A stretch of DNA of 64,000 bases from Mobula hypostoma (Eukaryota), in the NCBI RefSeq assembly GCF_963921235.1, contig NC_086098.1, positions 237,832,001-237,896,000 of the forward strand, given 5' to 3'. Shown here in pieces: positions 63,799 to 64,000 of the stretch. The translations under genes were made by a program, and so were the position numbers. The notes beneath the pieces were generated by a model. It made no database searches, was not told where the DNA came from, and saw nothing but the letters and a program-made list of their open reading frames with translations. How positions within the stretch are numbered: the first letter of the stretch is position 1; each line of letters begins with the position of its first letter.

Positions 63799-64000
63799 CT
63801 GTTACCACTAGTTTGGATCCATTGCCGAACTCGCCATAGAACTGGGCTGCGCAGAAATAGATCCCAGAATCATTTCGCTGAACGTTTTCTATCACCAGGG
63901 AGTAAGTGCCCGATTTTTCGTCCACCTGCCCCGAGAACCTCCCCTCTGCTTCCGAGAATCTGCCCATCCTGGCAACGAACTGCAGATGCCTTTGGTCGCT
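63799..64000 (-). CDS. Gene B V-set exon with canonical built-in J (5' part beyond the window)
   Basis: SDQRHLQFVARMGRFSEAEGRFSGQVDEKSGTYSLVIENVQRNDSGIYFCAAQFYGEFGNGSKLVVT, donor G|gtaact. Continuous ORF through CDR3 and FGxG, no RSS. Confidence 0.9.

Noticed and set aside
36370-64000. Genes A and B as ordinary TCR or IgL loci
   Set aside because: No RSS or separate D/J segments. The C1 domains lack IgL terminal features and are followed by donor sites, and the 83-nt V-C intron of A leaves no room for J segments.

Overview
Repeat-rich vertebrate genomic DNA, almost certainly from a cartilaginous fish and probably a ray or skate. This is inferred from the light-chain isotype and its germline-joined state. 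Most long ORFs in the track are decayed retroelements or their antisense shadows: CR1, L1/Tx1, Rex-Babar/L2, Penelope, two restriction-like-endonuclease clades, solo LTRs, Tc1 remnants and tRNA/V-SINEs. Three immunoglobulin-superfamily genes are embedded in this background. (1) An apparently intact type I (sigma-cart/sigma-2, NS5-like) Ig light chain cluster on the minus strand (leader 15416-15464, germline-joined VJ 14955-15308, C 12947-13275). (2) Gene A, a non-rearranging leader-VJ-C1 gene on the plus strand (36370-37779, candidate TM/cytoplasmic exons at 40.1-40.5 kb). (3) Gene B, a paralogous non-rearranging VJ-C1 gene on the minus strand (V cut by the window end at 63799-64000, C1 59398-59688, candidate tail exons at 57.3-57.65 kb). 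Genes A and B converge tail-to-tail and share an unusual C1 signature (WNISG, DPDxxYSV, CxC in place of YxC). They resemble PRARP/VJC1-type antigen-receptor-like genes rather than Ig or TCR. This pair, linked to a germline-joined IgL, is the most interesting system here. Exon calls come from reading splice sites and reading phase by eye; no database searches were run.
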